DNA of 62,080 nt, filler included. It is 4 parts of 4 records of this genome, joined end to end, with 100 filler letters (N's around TTAATTAATTAA, not from the genome) between each part and the next. Parts side by side here need not be neighbours in the genome. Positions count along the whole stretch, not along the records: positions 1 to 20,956 come from SRR20825006_341; positions 21,057 to 37,468 come from SRR20825006_342; 2 more parts are not named here. One strand, written 5' to 3'. The position numbers and the translations under genes are program-made. How positions within the stretch are numbered: position 1 is the first letter of the stretch; each line of letters begins with the position of its first letter. The notes beneath the pieces were generated by a model. That model worked only from the letters and a program-made list of their open reading frames with translations. It was not told the origin of the DNA and searched no databases. Below are positions 10,659 through 21,057 of the stretch, one piece after another.

Positions 10659-12255
10659 TCTTTTGCTCCTTCTCGTCCGGGTGGCCGAATCCGCCACCGC
10701 CGGGCAATTCTACCACCAGGCTGTCGCCTGCGGGAACTAGGTGAATGCCTTTGCCCTTCAAAGCTGGCCCTGAACCCAAATAGGCCTTACCCAACGCCCC
10801 TGGCTCGCCGCCTTCGCGGCCCGCGGCCGCGTTCTGCAACCGATCAAACGTGGCTGCCGAAATGGTGAAAGGTGCGGCCTCGCGGTTCGCCACTTCAATC
10901 ACCTGCCCATGCCCGCCGCGATATTTGCCCTTGCCGCCACTCTCGCGCAAAATCCGTTTGCGCTTGAACCATAATGGGCACTGGCTTTCTGTAATCTCCA
11001 CCGGAATAGACCCGACACCGGACGGGAACGCCATCGCGTTCAACCCGTCCTTGCCCGGCCGACCGCCAATGCCACCAATAGCCACATTCATCACGTTGAA
11101 GCGGCTTGTGTCTTTCAACTCGCTCGGCAGGGCATGGCCATGGGCAGAGGCCATCGCCAACACCCAAATGCTGCCCGCGCTTTCCGCCTGAACCCGGTTC
11201 GGCAACGCCTGTGCGAGGCAACCAAACACTGCATCAGGCAGCATTTGGCCGATCACATGGCGGGCCGTAACCGGACTGGGAGATACCGGGTCGACGCAAG
11301 TCCCCGGTTCACTGATGAGATCAAAACAACCCAGCGAGCCTGCATTGTTTGGCACATCTGGCGCGATCACGGCTTTCAGGCCAAACACCACATAGGCTTG
11401 GCTATAGGTGCGCGGCGAGTTGATCCCATAATTAGACGCAGGCGAACTGCCCGACAGATCAATGGTGATCTGGTCGCCTTCCACCCGCAATTCGGTTTTG
11501 ATGGTGATCGGGCTTTCATAGCCATCCAGCGGCAAATCATAATGATAGACACCATCCGGCACCTCACGGATCGCCTTTTGCGTCGCGGCTTTGGAGGTCT
11601 CTAAAATATGTGATGCCAGATCGTCCAGCCCGTCGATCTGGAACTCTTCCATCATCTCAACCAGCCGATTGACGCCCGTATCATTGGCGCTGATCAGTGA
11701 CATCAAATCGCCGCGCACTTCCACCGGATTACGCGTATTGGCCAAAATCACACTTAGCAAATCCTCATTGAGTTGTCCCTCGCGCCGCAAATACATATGC
11801 GGCACCAAAGTGCCTTCTTCGTAAATGGAGGTCGCGTCTGCCGAAAAACCGACGCCGCCCACATCGATGACGTGGCAGGTTGAGGCGAAAAGCCCGATCG
11901 CTTTACCGTCGTAAAAAGCTGGTGTCACCACCACAAAATCAAACAAATGCCCGGTGCCCATCCATGGGTCATTGCTCACCAAAACATCGCCGGGTTTCAG
12001 CGTTTCAATCGGAAAGCGTTCCAAAAAATGCACCACTGCATTGGCCATGGTGTTCACATGTCCCGGCGTGCCCGTCACCGCCTGCGCCAACATGGCGCCG
12101 TTCAAATCATAGACCCCGGCAGACAAGTCGCCAGCCTCCCGCGCCACAGCGCCGAAGGCGGTGCGCAGCAAAGATTGTGCCTGCTCTTCCACCACGGAAA
12201 TCAGGCGGTTCCACATCACTTGGGTGCGAATAGCGTCATGAGCGTTCTGGCGCAT
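10648..12255 (-). CDS. Hydantoinase B/oxoprolinase family protein
   Basis: NDPWMGTGHLFD, CHVIDVGG, PVEITE, PGGGGFG. Confidence 0.93.
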   Translation of the reverse strand: MRQNAHDAIRTQVMWNRLISVVEEQAQSLLRTAFGAVAREAGDLSAGVYDLNGAMLAQAVTGTPGHVNTMANAVVHFLERFPIETLKPGDVLVSNDPWMGTGHLFDFVVVTPAFYDGKAIGLFASTCHVIDVGGVGFSADATSIYEEGTLVPHMYLRREGQLNEDLLSVILANTRNPVEVRGDLMSLISANDTGVNRLVEMMEEFQIDGLDDLASHILETSKAATQKAIREVPDGVYHYDLPLDGYESPITIKTELRVEGDQITIDLSGSSPASNYGINSPRTYSQAYVVFGLKAVIAPDVPNNAGSLGCFDLISEPGTCVDPVSPSPVTARHVIGQMLPDAVFGCLAQALPNRVQAESAGSIWVLAMASAHGHALPSELKDTSRFNVMNVAIGGIGGRPGKDGLNAMAFPSGVGSIPVEITESQCPLWFKRKRILRESGGKGKYRGGHGQVIEVANREAAPFTISAATFDRLQNAAAGREGGEPGALGKAYLGSGPALKGKGIHLVPAGDSLVVELPGGGGFGHPDEKEQKNGD

Positions 12256-14348
12256 TAGACAGCCTCCTTGCGGGTCAAAATGATGTAGCTATGGGCGTCA
12301 ATCTCTGCGTCAAATTGCGAAGTAACAATGGTCGACGTCTCATGCTCTGCGATGATGGCTGGACCGGAAATCTTTGCGCCCACGGGCAAGTCAAACCGCC
12401 AATAGACAGGCGTTTCCAACATCGCGCCCTGCGCCCCGTCAAATAATTCGCGATGGCTGCGTGGCGCGATCTCCGCCGCCTCGCCTTCACCAAATGTGGG
12501 CGATACCCCATCGTCAATTTCACACAACACGGTCACGGACCAGGTGACGATCTCGCTCGGCACATTGTCCAAGGTCACGCCGTAAATGGCGCGATATTGC
12601 GTTTCGAACTGATCATGAATCCATTGCGCGTCGGCGGCATCTAGTGTGCCTTCGGGCAACACAACTTGCAGTTCATGCCCCTGCCCCTGATAGCGAATAT
12701 CCACGACACGCTGCACCTGCACTTTGCGAACTCCAGCGGCAGGGCGCACAATATCGCCCGCCTCGCGCGCCATATCTTCAAGCATCTCATTGGCGTGTTT
12801 CATGTCCGGATGGTCCAGCACCATCGGGAAACTACGCGTCACTTCATAAGAAATCGGCGCCCGCAGAAAGCCAATGGCTGAGCCAACCCCGGCCCCGGCA
12901 GGCACAATCATTTTATCAATCGAGAGCTTTTCCGCCAACCGACACAAATGCAGCGGCGCGCCGCCGCCGAAGGCAATCATGGTACTGGCGGCAATATCGC
13001 GGCCACGCTCAATGGCGTGCACCCGCGCCGCATTGGCCATATTCTCTTCTACAATTTCCACCACGCCAGCGGCGGGCCAAAATTCGTCCAACCCGAGGGG
13101 CGCACCAATCTGTTGGCCCAACGCATCTTGCGCCGCATCCGGATAAAGCGGCAGCTTGCCGCCTGCGAAATAAACCGGATCAATTTTGCCGAGCACCAGA
13201 TTGGCATCAGTCACCGTCGCCAATTCACCACCACGGCCATAGCTGACCGGACCGGGTTCAGACCCGGCACTATCCGGCCCCACCTTGATGCGCTGCATGG
13301 CATCAATCCGCGCGATGGACCCACCACCTGCGCCGATCTCCACCATTTCAATCACCGGAATGCGTACGGGCCAGCCGGACCCTTTTGTATCGCGATAGGT
13401 GCGGGCAATCTCAAAATGTCGCGCCCTCTCTGGCACCGCACCAGCGATCAGGCAAATCTTGGCCGTGGTGCCGCCCATATCGAACGACAATACATTGTCC
13501 AAATCACATTGCTTGGCGATATGGCTGGCTAAGATCGCGCCACCTGCTGGGCCAGATTCCACCAACCGAATTGGAAATCGCGCGGCGCTGTCCAGCGTGG
13601 TGAGACCACCGCCGGACATCATCAAAAACAATGGCGCATCAATACCAAGGTCAGAAAGCTCTTTCGCCAAGCGCGTGAGATAGCCTTCGATCAGTGGGCG
13701 CACAGACGCATTGGCGCATGTGGTTGAAAAGCGCTCATATTCGCGGATTTCCGGGCAAACTTCATGGGAGACACAGATGGTCACCCCCTCGCCCAGTTCG
13801 CGCCGCACAATGTCCCGCGCCCGCTTTTCGTGGTCACTATGGGCATAGGCATGCAAAAAGCCGATAGCAACGGCTTCAACTTTCGCAGAGCGCAATTCGG
13901 CGCAGATCGCCACCAACTCATCTTCGTCCAATGCAGAAAGAATTGGCCCGTCTTGCGCCAAACGCTCTGTCACGCCAAACCGCAGCTCCGCAGGCACAAT
14001 AGCGGGCGGCATATCGATCATCAAATCATAATGGTCAAAGCGCTTTTCGTAGCCCAGCTCCAGCACATCTTCGAAACCTTTGGTGGTGATCAGCGCCGTT
14101 TTCGCCACTTTGCGCTCAATCAGCGCGTTGGTGGCCAAGGTTGTGCCATGCACAAAAACGTCAATGTCAGCGGGCGACACACCCGTTTCATCCAACACGC
14201 TGCGCACACCATCTAAAAGGCCAAGCTCTGGATTTTGCACATTGGTCAGCACCTTAGCGCTATGGCGCACGTCCCCAAGCTCCAGCACCACATCTGTAAA
14301 AGTGCCGCCAATATCTACCGCCAGTCGGACAGATTCTTCGCCTCGCAT
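12255..14348 (-). CDS. Hydantoinase A/oxoprolinase family protein
   Basis: DIGGTFTD, HGTTLATNAL, ESGPAGG, DMGGTT, GAGGGSIA. Confidence 0.93.
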   Translation of the reverse strand: MRGEESVRLAVDIGGTFTDVVLELGDVRHSAKVLTNVQNPELGLLDGVRSVLDETGVSPADIDVFVHGTTLATNALIERKVAKTALITTKGFEDVLELGYEKRFDHYDLMIDMPPAIVPAELRFGVTERLAQDGPILSALDEDELVAICAELRSAKVEAVAIGFLHAYAHSDHEKRARDIVRRELGEGVTICVSHEVCPEIREYERFSTTCANASVRPLIEGYLTRLAKELSDLGIDAPLFLMMSGGGLTTLDSAARFPIRLVESGPAGGAILASHIAKQCDLDNVLSFDMGGTTAKICLIAGAVPERARHFEIARTYRDTKGSGWPVRIPVIEMVEIGAGGGSIARIDAMQRIKVGPDSAGSEPGPVSYGRGGELATVTDANLVLGKIDPVYFAGGKLPLYPDAAQDALGQQIGAPLGLDEFWPAAGVVEIVEENMANAARVHAIERGRDIAASTMIAFGGGAPLHLCRLAEKLSIDKMIVPAGAGVGSAIGFLRAPISYEVTRSFPMVLDHPDMKHANEMLEDMAREAGDIVRPAAGVRKVQVQRVVDIRYQGQGHELQVVLPEGTLDAADAQWIHDQFETQYRAIYGVTLDNVPSEIVTWSVTVLCEIDDGVSPTFGEGEAAEIAPRSHRELFDGAQGAMLETPVYWRFDLPVGAKISGPAIIAEHETSTIVTSQFDAEIDAHSYIILTRKEAV

Positions 14349-14410
14349 ATGCGCCTCTTCCTCCTGAGCAACCACATCAAATGCAGTCGCCCGCCCATAA
14401 AATCTATATA

Positions 14411-14602
14411 TTTCATATTTGAAAGATTTTGCAATTGCAACTGTAAATTTGGCAGATTAACGTTGTTCACATTCATATGCGACAATTTGTCAATATATAA
14501 AGCACTGAAATATATAAGTAATTTTTATCTTTATGTATTTTATGTTTAAAATTCTTTGCTTCATATGTGAAATCCGGTTGACAGGTTATTTCAAGTATGA
14601 AA
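14411..14602. promoter_or_regulatory. AT-rich divergent promoter region with repeated TTTCA-N4-TGAAA palindromes
   Basis: Copies at 14411-14424, 14471-14484 (degenerate), 14559-14572 and 14589-14602; TTGACA at 14578-14583. Confidence 0.65.
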
Positions 14603-14629
14603 CTTTTTTAAGCAAGGGGAGCGAGAGAA

Positions 14630-15868
14630 ATGCAAGATTTGTCTGAATTGACACAACGCGCATCAGAGTTGGACGGAAACGACCCAATCGCGCACATTGT
14701 TGAAGAATATGAGCGGCCTGAGGGTTGGATATTCTTTGACTCTAATTCTGTCGGCCCTGTGCCTAAAACAGCGCGCCCTGCCGCCAATGCTTTAATTGAC
14801 GATTGGATTGCCTTGCGTCGCCGCGGATGGGCGGAACGCGATTGGGTGGATATGCCTGCCATTTTGGGTGATTTGCTTTCACCTATGATTGGCGCGGAAA
14901 AAGGCACTACAGTTGTTTGCGACAACACAACCATCAATCTCTATAAGGCGACGGGTCATGCGTTGGCCGTTAATCAAGAGCGCACGATCATTCTGACGCA
15001 AAAAGATAATTTCCCAACTGATATTCATGTTGTTCAGGGCTTTGAGCGCGCCAATCCCAGCTTGGAAGTGCGCTATGTGGAAACGGAAGAAGAAGCGCTT
15101 GCCGCCCTCTCTTCCGATGTGGCTGTGTGTACCTTCAGCCATGTTGGCTACAAGTCTGGCCAACGCTGGAACATGGAAAAGTTCAACCGTGCCGCACAAG
15201 CATTAGGTGTGCTCACGATTTGGGATGTTTCTCACTCCGCAGGCGCTGTGCCGGTTTTGGCGCGCGAAAGCAATGCAGATTACATTGTTGGCTGTGGCTA
15301 CAAATATCTCAGCACTGGCCCAGGCGGCCCTGCCTTTATTTATGTACGTCCAGACTTGAGCGAGAAAGCTTGGCCACCTGTTTGTGGCTGGATGGGACAT
15401 GCAGACATTTATGCATTTGCGGGTGATTACGAGCCGCACGGCGGCATCAAGCGTTTCATATCTGGAACGCCCATGGTAGGCGCCAATCAGATCGCTCATT
15501 GCGCTGCCCAGATTTATCAAAAATTTGCCCCCAAAGACATTTGGGCGCGGCATGAAAGCCTGAGCAATTTCTTTATTGAGGCGCTGCAACAATCTTGCGG
15601 TGATCTTGGTGTCGAAATCGCCTCACCGCTCAATTATGATCAACGGGGTGGTCACGTGACATTTAAGGCCCCCGGCGCAGGCCATGTGGTGGAAGCGTTG
15701 ATTGACGCGAAAGTCGTCTCTTCCTTCCGCAAGCCCGACGCTATTCGATTTGGTTTGAGCCCGGTTTCACTTACCCACGCAAAAGTTGTGGAGGCAGTGG
15801 GCCGGCTTCAAAAAATCCTCAAAGAGGAGATCTGGCGAGATCCGAAATACGCAAATGTCTCCGTTTAA
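14630..15868 (+). CDS. kynU: Kynureninase-like PLP enzyme
   Basis: FFDSNSVGP, NFPTD, WDVSHSAGAVP, VGCGYKYLSTGPGGP, GWMGH, RGGHV. Confidence 0.85.
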   Translation: MQDLSELTQRASELDGNDPIAHIVEEYERPEGWIFFDSNSVGPVPKTARPAANALIDDWIALRRRGWAERDWVDMPAILGDLLSPMIGAEKGTTVVCDNTTINLYKATGHALAVNQERTIILTQKDNFPTDIHVVQGFERANPSLEVRYVETEEEALAALSSDVAVCTFSHVGYKSGQRWNMEKFNRAAQALGVLTIWDVSHSAGAVPVLARESNADYIVGCGYKYLSTGPGGPAFIYVRPDLSEKAWPPVCGWMGHADIYAFAGDYEPHGGIKRFISGTPMVGANQIAHCAAQIYQKFAPKDIWARHESLSNFFIEALQQSCGDLGVEIASPLNYDQRGGHVTFKAPGAGHVVEALIDAKVVSSFRKPDAIRFGLSPVSLTHAKVVEAVGRLQKILKEEIWRDPKYANVSV

Positions 15869-15936
15869 TCCGCGCGCGCTGCAATAAAAAGAATAAAGCG
15901 CAGGATTGTGGGAGAACATCAAAAGGGAGAAGGACA

Positions 15937-17145
15937 TTGAAAAAACCAATTTTAGCCGTTGCTTTATCGGCTCTACTTGCAGCTCAGGCAGGCTTTGCCG
16001 CAGCTGAAGACGTAAAAGTTGGCACTGTTATGGGCATCACTGGCCCATTGGCTAACTTTATTCCACCTATTCTGAACGCAGCCAAATTGGCAGAAGCTGA
16101 TGTGAATGCAGGCGGCGGCATTTTGGGCGGTGGCAAATTCGAACTTGTTGTTGCAGACGGCCAAGCGGCGGCGCAGCCATCGGTTGATGCGGCCACCAAG
16201 CTTGTGAACCTTGAAAATGTGGCGGCCGTTATGGGTGCCCTTTCATCTGGGGCCACCATCGCGGCGGCCAACGCGGTCACCATTCCAAATGGCGTGTTGC
16301 AAGTGTCACCCACCGCCACCTCACCGGCCATGACCGATATGGACGATGGCGATTTCCTTTATCGCATCGTACCAAGCGACAATTATCAGGGCGAAGTGTT
16401 GGCCAAGATCGTGCTGGATGAAGGCATCAACAAAGTTGCTGTTGCTTATGTGAACAATGATTATGGCGTGGGCATTGCGGGCACCTTCAAAGAAAACTTT
16501 GAAAAGCTCGGCGGCACCATCACAGGCTATGAAAAGCACGAAGATAAGAAAAACTCTTATCGCGGTGAATTGGCAACTTTGGCCAATGGCGATCCAGAAG
16601 CGCTGGTTTTGATTGCTTATGCGGGCGGCAGTGGCGCGAAGATTGTAAAGCAATCGCTAGAAGCAGGCCTGTTTGACCGCTTCATCGGCACCGATGGTTT
16701 GCGCGACGATCTTTTGATCGAGCAAGTGGGCGCCAAAGCATTGGCCACCTCCTTCTTCTCAGCGCCAACATCACCTGCTGAAAACCCAGCGGGCGACGCA
16801 CTGCATAAGCGCTTTGATGAGGTCTATGGCGAAGGCTCAGACAAGCCATTTGTTGATCAATCTTATGATGCCACCATGCTGATCGCTTTGGCGATTGAAA
16901 AAGCAGGCAGCACAGATCGTACCGCGATTAAAGACGCGCTGCGCTTTGTGGCCAATGCGCCGGGCGAAATTGTTGGCCCGGGTGAATGGGAAAAAGCTGT
17001 GAAGCTTTTGGCTGAAGGCAAAGACATCAACTATGAAGGCGCCGCTGGTAGCCATGAATTCGACGATAACGGTGACGTCGCCGGCTTCATCGGCAAGTTC
17101 GTAGTTGAAGGTGATAGCTACAAGCAAATCGCCATCTTCGAATAG
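15937..17145 (+). CDS. LIV-type ABC transporter substrate-binding protein
   Basis: Signal peptide, SPTATSP, NNDYG, YDATMLIALA. Confidence 0.9.
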   Translation: MKKPILAVALSALLAAQAGFAAAEDVKVGTVMGITGPLANFIPPILNAAKLAEADVNAGGGILGGGKFELVVADGQAAAQPSVDAATKLVNLENVAAVMGALSSGATIAAANAVTIPNGVLQVSPTATSPAMTDMDDGDFLYRIVPSDNYQGEVLAKIVLDEGINKVAVAYVNNDYGVGIAGTFKENFEKLGGTITGYEKHEDKKNSYRGELATLANGDPEALVLIAYAGGSGAKIVKQSLEAGLFDRFIGTDGLRDDLLIEQVGAKALATSFFSAPTSPAENPAGDALHKRFDEVYGEGSDKPFVDQSYDATMLIALAIEKAGSTDRTAIKDALRFVANAPGEIVGPGEWEKAVKLLAEGKDINYEGAAGSHEFDDNGDVAGFIGKFVVEGDSYKQIAIFE

Positions 17146-17206
17146 TCAAACGCTTTGGTGCTCGCAGCCCCCTCTGCTGCGGGCACACTAAGGTCAGGAC
17201 AAATCC

Positions 17207-17980
17207 ATGATCGCTTTTGAGAACATCACCATGCGCTTTGGCGGCGTTGCCGCGGTGGATCAATGCAGCTTTGAAATACCAGGCGGCAAGATCACCGGAC
17301 TAATCGGCCCCAATGGCGCAGGCAAAACCACCGCCTTCAACGTCATTGCAGGGCATTTGCAACCCACTTCAGGCCGCATCCTCTTGGAGGACGAAGACAT
17401 AACCGGCCTTCCAGCGCATAAACGGCAAGCCAAGGGCGTTGCCCGCACCTTTCAATTGGCACATGAGTTTCACCGCATGACCGTGGTTGAAAATCTGATG
17501 GTGGCGGCCAAAAACGAGCTGGGCGAGAACATCTTAAATGCCATCTTCCGCCCCGGCCAATGCAAGGCGCAAGAACAAGCGGCCTATGACCGCGCAATGG
17601 AAACGCTGAAATTCCTCGAAATTGAACAGCTGAAAAACCAGCTGGCTGGCGACCTTTCCGGCGGACAAAAAAAGCTGCTGGAACTTGGCCGCGCGCTGAT
17701 GCAGCACCCGAAAATCATTTTGCTTGATGAGATTGGCGCGGGCGTCAATCGCACCCTTTTAGGCAAAATTGCCGAAAAGATCATCCAGCTTAACAAAGAG
17801 CATGGCTACACATTCTGCTTGATTGAGCATGATTTGGACTATGTTTCTCGCCTCTGCGACACCGTGATTGTGATGGCGCAAGGCACCCTGCTCACCACGG
17901 GCACCGTTGATGAAGTGCGCAAAGATGAGCGCGTCATTGAAGCCTATTTCGGTGGCGGAAAATATCAGGAAGCCGTATGA
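17207..17980 (+). CDS. LIV-type ABC ATP-binding protein (LivG-like)
   Basis: GPNGAGKTT, LSGGQKKL, IEHD. Confidence 0.92.
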   Translation: MIAFENITMRFGGVAAVDQCSFEIPGGKITGLIGPNGAGKTTAFNVIAGHLQPTSGRILLEDEDITGLPAHKRQAKGVARTFQLAHEFHRMTVVENLMVAAKNELGENILNAIFRPGQCKAQEQAAYDRAMETLKFLEIEQLKNQLAGDLSGGQKKLLELGRALMQHPKIILLDEIGAGVNRTLLGKIAEKIIQLNKEHGYTFCLIEHDLDYVSRLCDTVIVMAQGTLLTTGTVDEVRKDERVIEAYFGGGKYQEAV

Positions 17981-18702
17981 GCAACAAAATTCTCGATGTG
18001 CAAAACCTCACTGCGGGCTATGGCAAGCAAGCGATCATTGAAAATATCAATACCGATGTGAGCGACCAGCAAATCGTTGTGATTGTTGGCCCCAACGGCG
18101 CTGGCAAATCGACTTTGCTGAAATCCGTTTTTGGGCTCAACAATCGTATGGACGGGGATATAACATTTCACGGCCAGTCGATTTTCACGGCCAAAACATC
18201 CGAGCTGGTGCCCATGGGCATTTCCGCTGTGCCGCAATCGCACAATGTGTTTCCCACCCTAACGGTGGAAGAAAATCTTGATGTCGGCACTTTCGCCGCC
18301 CCACCGCAGGATAAAAAAGCGACCAAAGCCAAAATCCTCGACCTGTTTCCTGATCTAAAAGACAAGCTCGGCCAGCAAGCGGGCGAACTCTCTGGCGGAC
18401 AACGGCAAATGGTGGCTGTGGGCCGCGCGCTGATGAGCGAACCGAAACTGATCCTGCTCGACGAACCAACAGCGGGCCTGTCGCCCGCCTATTTGGAAGT
18501 CATTTTCGATTTGCTGCTGCAAGTACGCGATAGTGGCGTCGCCATTTTAATGGTGGAGCAAAACGCCAAGCAAGCGCTGCGCATTGCCGACTATGCCTAT
18601 GTGCTGGTGAACGGCAAAAATGCCTATGAAGGCACGGGTGCAGAATTGCTGCAAGACGACGAAGTGCGCAAATCATTCTTGGGCGGAGGTGCGCCACAAT
18701 GA
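17977..18702 (+). CDS. LIV-type ABC ATP-binding protein (LivF-like)
   Basis: GPNGAGKST, LSGGQRQM, VEQNA. Confidence 0.92.
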   Translation: MSNKILDVQNLTAGYGKQAIIENINTDVSDQQIVVIVGPNGAGKSTLLKSVFGLNNRMDGDITFHGQSIFTAKTSELVPMGISAVPQSHNVFPTLTVEENLDVGTFAAPPQDKKATKAKILDLFPDLKDKLGQQAGELSGGQRQMVAVGRALMSEPKLILLDEPTAGLSPAYLEVIFDLLLQVRDSGVAILMVEQNAKQALRIADYAYVLVNGKNAYEGTGAELLQDDEVRKSFLGGGAPQ

Positions 18703-19586
18703 TGGATTTCATCAATTTCTATCTCATTCCCGGCATCACGCTTGGCTCCATTTATGCTTTGGGCGCTGTAGGCGTTTCCATGATCTTCGGCATTTTGCGC
18801 TTTGCCCATTTTGCCCATGGCGACTTGATGACCGTGGGGGCCTATTTCGCTCTCTCCGCCGTTTGGCTGTTGGGCATTCCCGCCCTCGCCGCCATTCCAA
18901 TTGCGGTGGCGCTAACCTGCTTGGTCGCCCTATTCGCGGATCGTGCCTTTTATAAGCCGCTGCGGCAATTGCCGACCATATACACGGTGATCGCCTCCTT
19001 CGGCGTAGCGCTCATTTTCCGCTCCGTAATCCAACTTATGTGGGGCACCGAAAGCCAAGTCTATTCCGTGGGCTTCCAAAAGCCGATTGTGCTGTTCGAT
19101 AGTTTGCGCATCGCCACTCGCCACATTCAAATCATCGCGGCCACGGCGGTCATCACCATTGCGCTCAACTGGTTTTTGCACCACACGCAAATGGGTAAAA
19201 CCATGCGCGCCGTGTCAGACGATCCGGCTTTGGCCAGCGTCGCTGGACTTGATCCAGAAAAAACCATCCGCTGGACATGGATCATCGGCGCAGGCCTCGC
19301 CGCCATCGCAGGCGTATTTGTTGGCCTCGACACTGATGTGCACACCATGATGGGTTGGAACCTGTTGCTGCCCATGTTCGCCGCCGCCCTGTTGGGTGGC
19401 ATTGGCAAGCCGCTCGGCGCGATTGCTGGCGGCCTGATCATCGGCATCGCCGAAGAAATCTGCACCTACCCCATTTTGGGCGAGAGCCTGATTTCGCCAA
19501 GCTACAAGAGCGCGGTTGCTTTTGTGATCATGTTGCTGATCCTGATCTTCCGCCCCCGTGGCCTATTTAAAGGGAGGCTCCTCTAA
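18699..19586 (+). CDS. LIV-type ABC permease (LivH-like)
   Basis: GSIYAL..FAHGD, LGGIG, FRPRGL. Confidence 0.92.
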   Translation: MMDFINFYLIPGITLGSIYALGAVGVSMIFGILRFAHFAHGDLMTVGAYFALSAVWLLGIPALAAIPIAVALTCLVALFADRAFYKPLRQLPTIYTVIASFGVALIFRSVIQLMWGTESQVYSVGFQKPIVLFDSLRIATRHIQIIAATAVITIALNWFLHHTQMGKTMRAVSDDPALASVAGLDPEKTIRWTWIIGAGLAAIAGVFVGLDTDVHTMMGWNLLLPMFAAALLGGIGKPLGAIAGGLIIGIAEEICTYPILGESLISPSYKSAVAFVIMLLILIFRPRGLFKGRLL

Positions 19587-20539
19587 TGGAACTGAGTGGT
19601 ATGCTTTTTTACCTGGTCTCTTTCTTGATCATGGGCGGCATTTATTCGGTGATCTGCCTGGCCCTCAATATGCAGTGGGGCTTTGGCGGCCTGTTTAACG
19701 CAGGCATCGCAGGCTTTTATGCGGTCGGCGCCTATTCAGCCGCCATCATCACCTCAGCCAATTCAGCCAACCATGTGGGCGGGTTTGACCTGCCAATCGT
19801 GGTCGGGCTTGTCGTCGCCGGCATCCTATCGGGCATTGTCGGCTGGGCCATCGCCCGCATTTGCGTGCGTTTAAAAGCCGACTATTTGGCCATGGCCTCC
19901 ATCGGCATTGCCGAGATTATCCGCTTGGCCGTGATCAATGAAGAATGGCTGACCAATGGCAGCCTTGGCGTGTCGCGCATTCCGCGTCCGTTGGAAGATT
20001 TCTTCACGGGACGCGAAAGCGAATTGGTGTTCTTCATCTTTGTCTGGATCATCGTGGCGATCACTTTCTGGGTTGCCCACCGCCTTTATAAAAGCCCGTG
20101 GGGCCGCGTCATGCGCGCTATCCGCGACAATGAAGCCGCGGCGGAATCTGTAGGCAAAGATGTGCAATCTTTCCGCATCCAAAGCTTTGTGATCGGCGCG
20201 ATCTTTATGGGCGTTGCCGGGGCATTGAGTGCCCACTATTTCAAATTCTTCAGTCCGGACGCCACCGAACCGCTACTCATCACCTTCCTGGCGTGGGTAA
20301 TGTTGATTGCAGGCGGCAGTGGCAACAATAAAGGTGCTGTTGCGGGCGCATTGATCATTTGGGCCATCTGGTCGATGACTGAAATTATCACCCAGCAATT
20401 GCCGCCAGATTGGGCCACACGCTCATCATATATCCGCATGTTGCTGATCGGGCTGTTCCTGCAATTTGTGCTGCAACGCTTCCGCGCGGGTCTATTCCCA
20501 GAGAAAGCGCCGAAACTGAATGTGAAAAGCCATGGCTGA
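19586..20539 (+). CDS. LIV-type ABC permease (LivM-like)
   Basis: VGAYS, DYLAMAS, SPWGRVMRAIRDNE. Confidence 0.92.
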   Translation: MELSGMLFYLVSFLIMGGIYSVICLALNMQWGFGGLFNAGIAGFYAVGAYSAAIITSANSANHVGGFDLPIVVGLVVAGILSGIVGWAIARICVRLKADYLAMASIGIAEIIRLAVINEEWLTNGSLGVSRIPRPLEDFFTGRESELVFFIFVWIIVAITFWVAHRLYKSPWGRVMRAIRDNEAAAESVGKDVQSFRIQSFVIGAIFMGVAGALSAHYFKFFSPDATEPLLITFLAWVMLIAGGSGNNKGAVAGALIIWAIWSMTEIITQQLPPDWATRSSYIRMLLIGLFLQFVLQRFRAGLFPEKAPKLNVKSHG

Positions 20540-20956
20540 ACGTAGCTTCGCCAAAGAGGTTGAAAAACTGCGCCTTGGCGATGGTGACATTTTTCGCGGC
20601 GAAGGCATTTTGGCGATCACCAAGGCGTTGCTGGAAAATGGTGTGGGCTATGTGGGCGGCTATCAAGGCGCCCCCATCAGCCATTTGATGGATGTGTTTG
20701 CCGACGCGGAAGATTTACTTAGCGAACTCGGCGTTCGTTTCGAAGCCAGTGCTTCGGAAGCCACCGCCGCTGCCATGCTTGCCGCGTCGGTGCATTATCC
20801 CATTCGCGGTGCGGTCACGTTTAAATCTACCGTCGGCACCAATGTGGCGTCGGACGCTTTGGCCAATCTCGCCTCTGGCGGGGTCACAGGCGGCGCGCTG
20901 ATCATTGTCGGCGAGGATTATGGCGAAGGCTCCTCCATCATGCAGGAGCGCAGCCA
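20532..20956 (+). CDS. Indolepyruvate ferredoxin oxidoreductase alpha-type subunit (5' part, cut by gap)
   Basis: MAERSFAKEV..GGYQGAPISHL..KSTVGTNVASDAL..GEDYGEGSSIMQERS. Confidence 0.8.
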
Positions 20957-21056
20957 NNNNNNNNNNNNNNNNNNNNNNNNNNNNNNNNNNNNNNNNNNNN
21001 TTAATTAATTAANNNNNNNNNNNNNNNNNNNNNNNNNNNNNNNNNNNNNNNNNNNN
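20957..21056. other. Artificial contig linker
   Basis: 100 bp of N runs around TTAATTAATTAA (stops in all frames). Confidence 0.98.
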
Positions 21057-21057
21057 C

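Noticed and set aside
21001-21012. TTAATTAATTAA repeated three times in the window
   Set aside because: Synthetic all-frame stop linker within N padding, not biological
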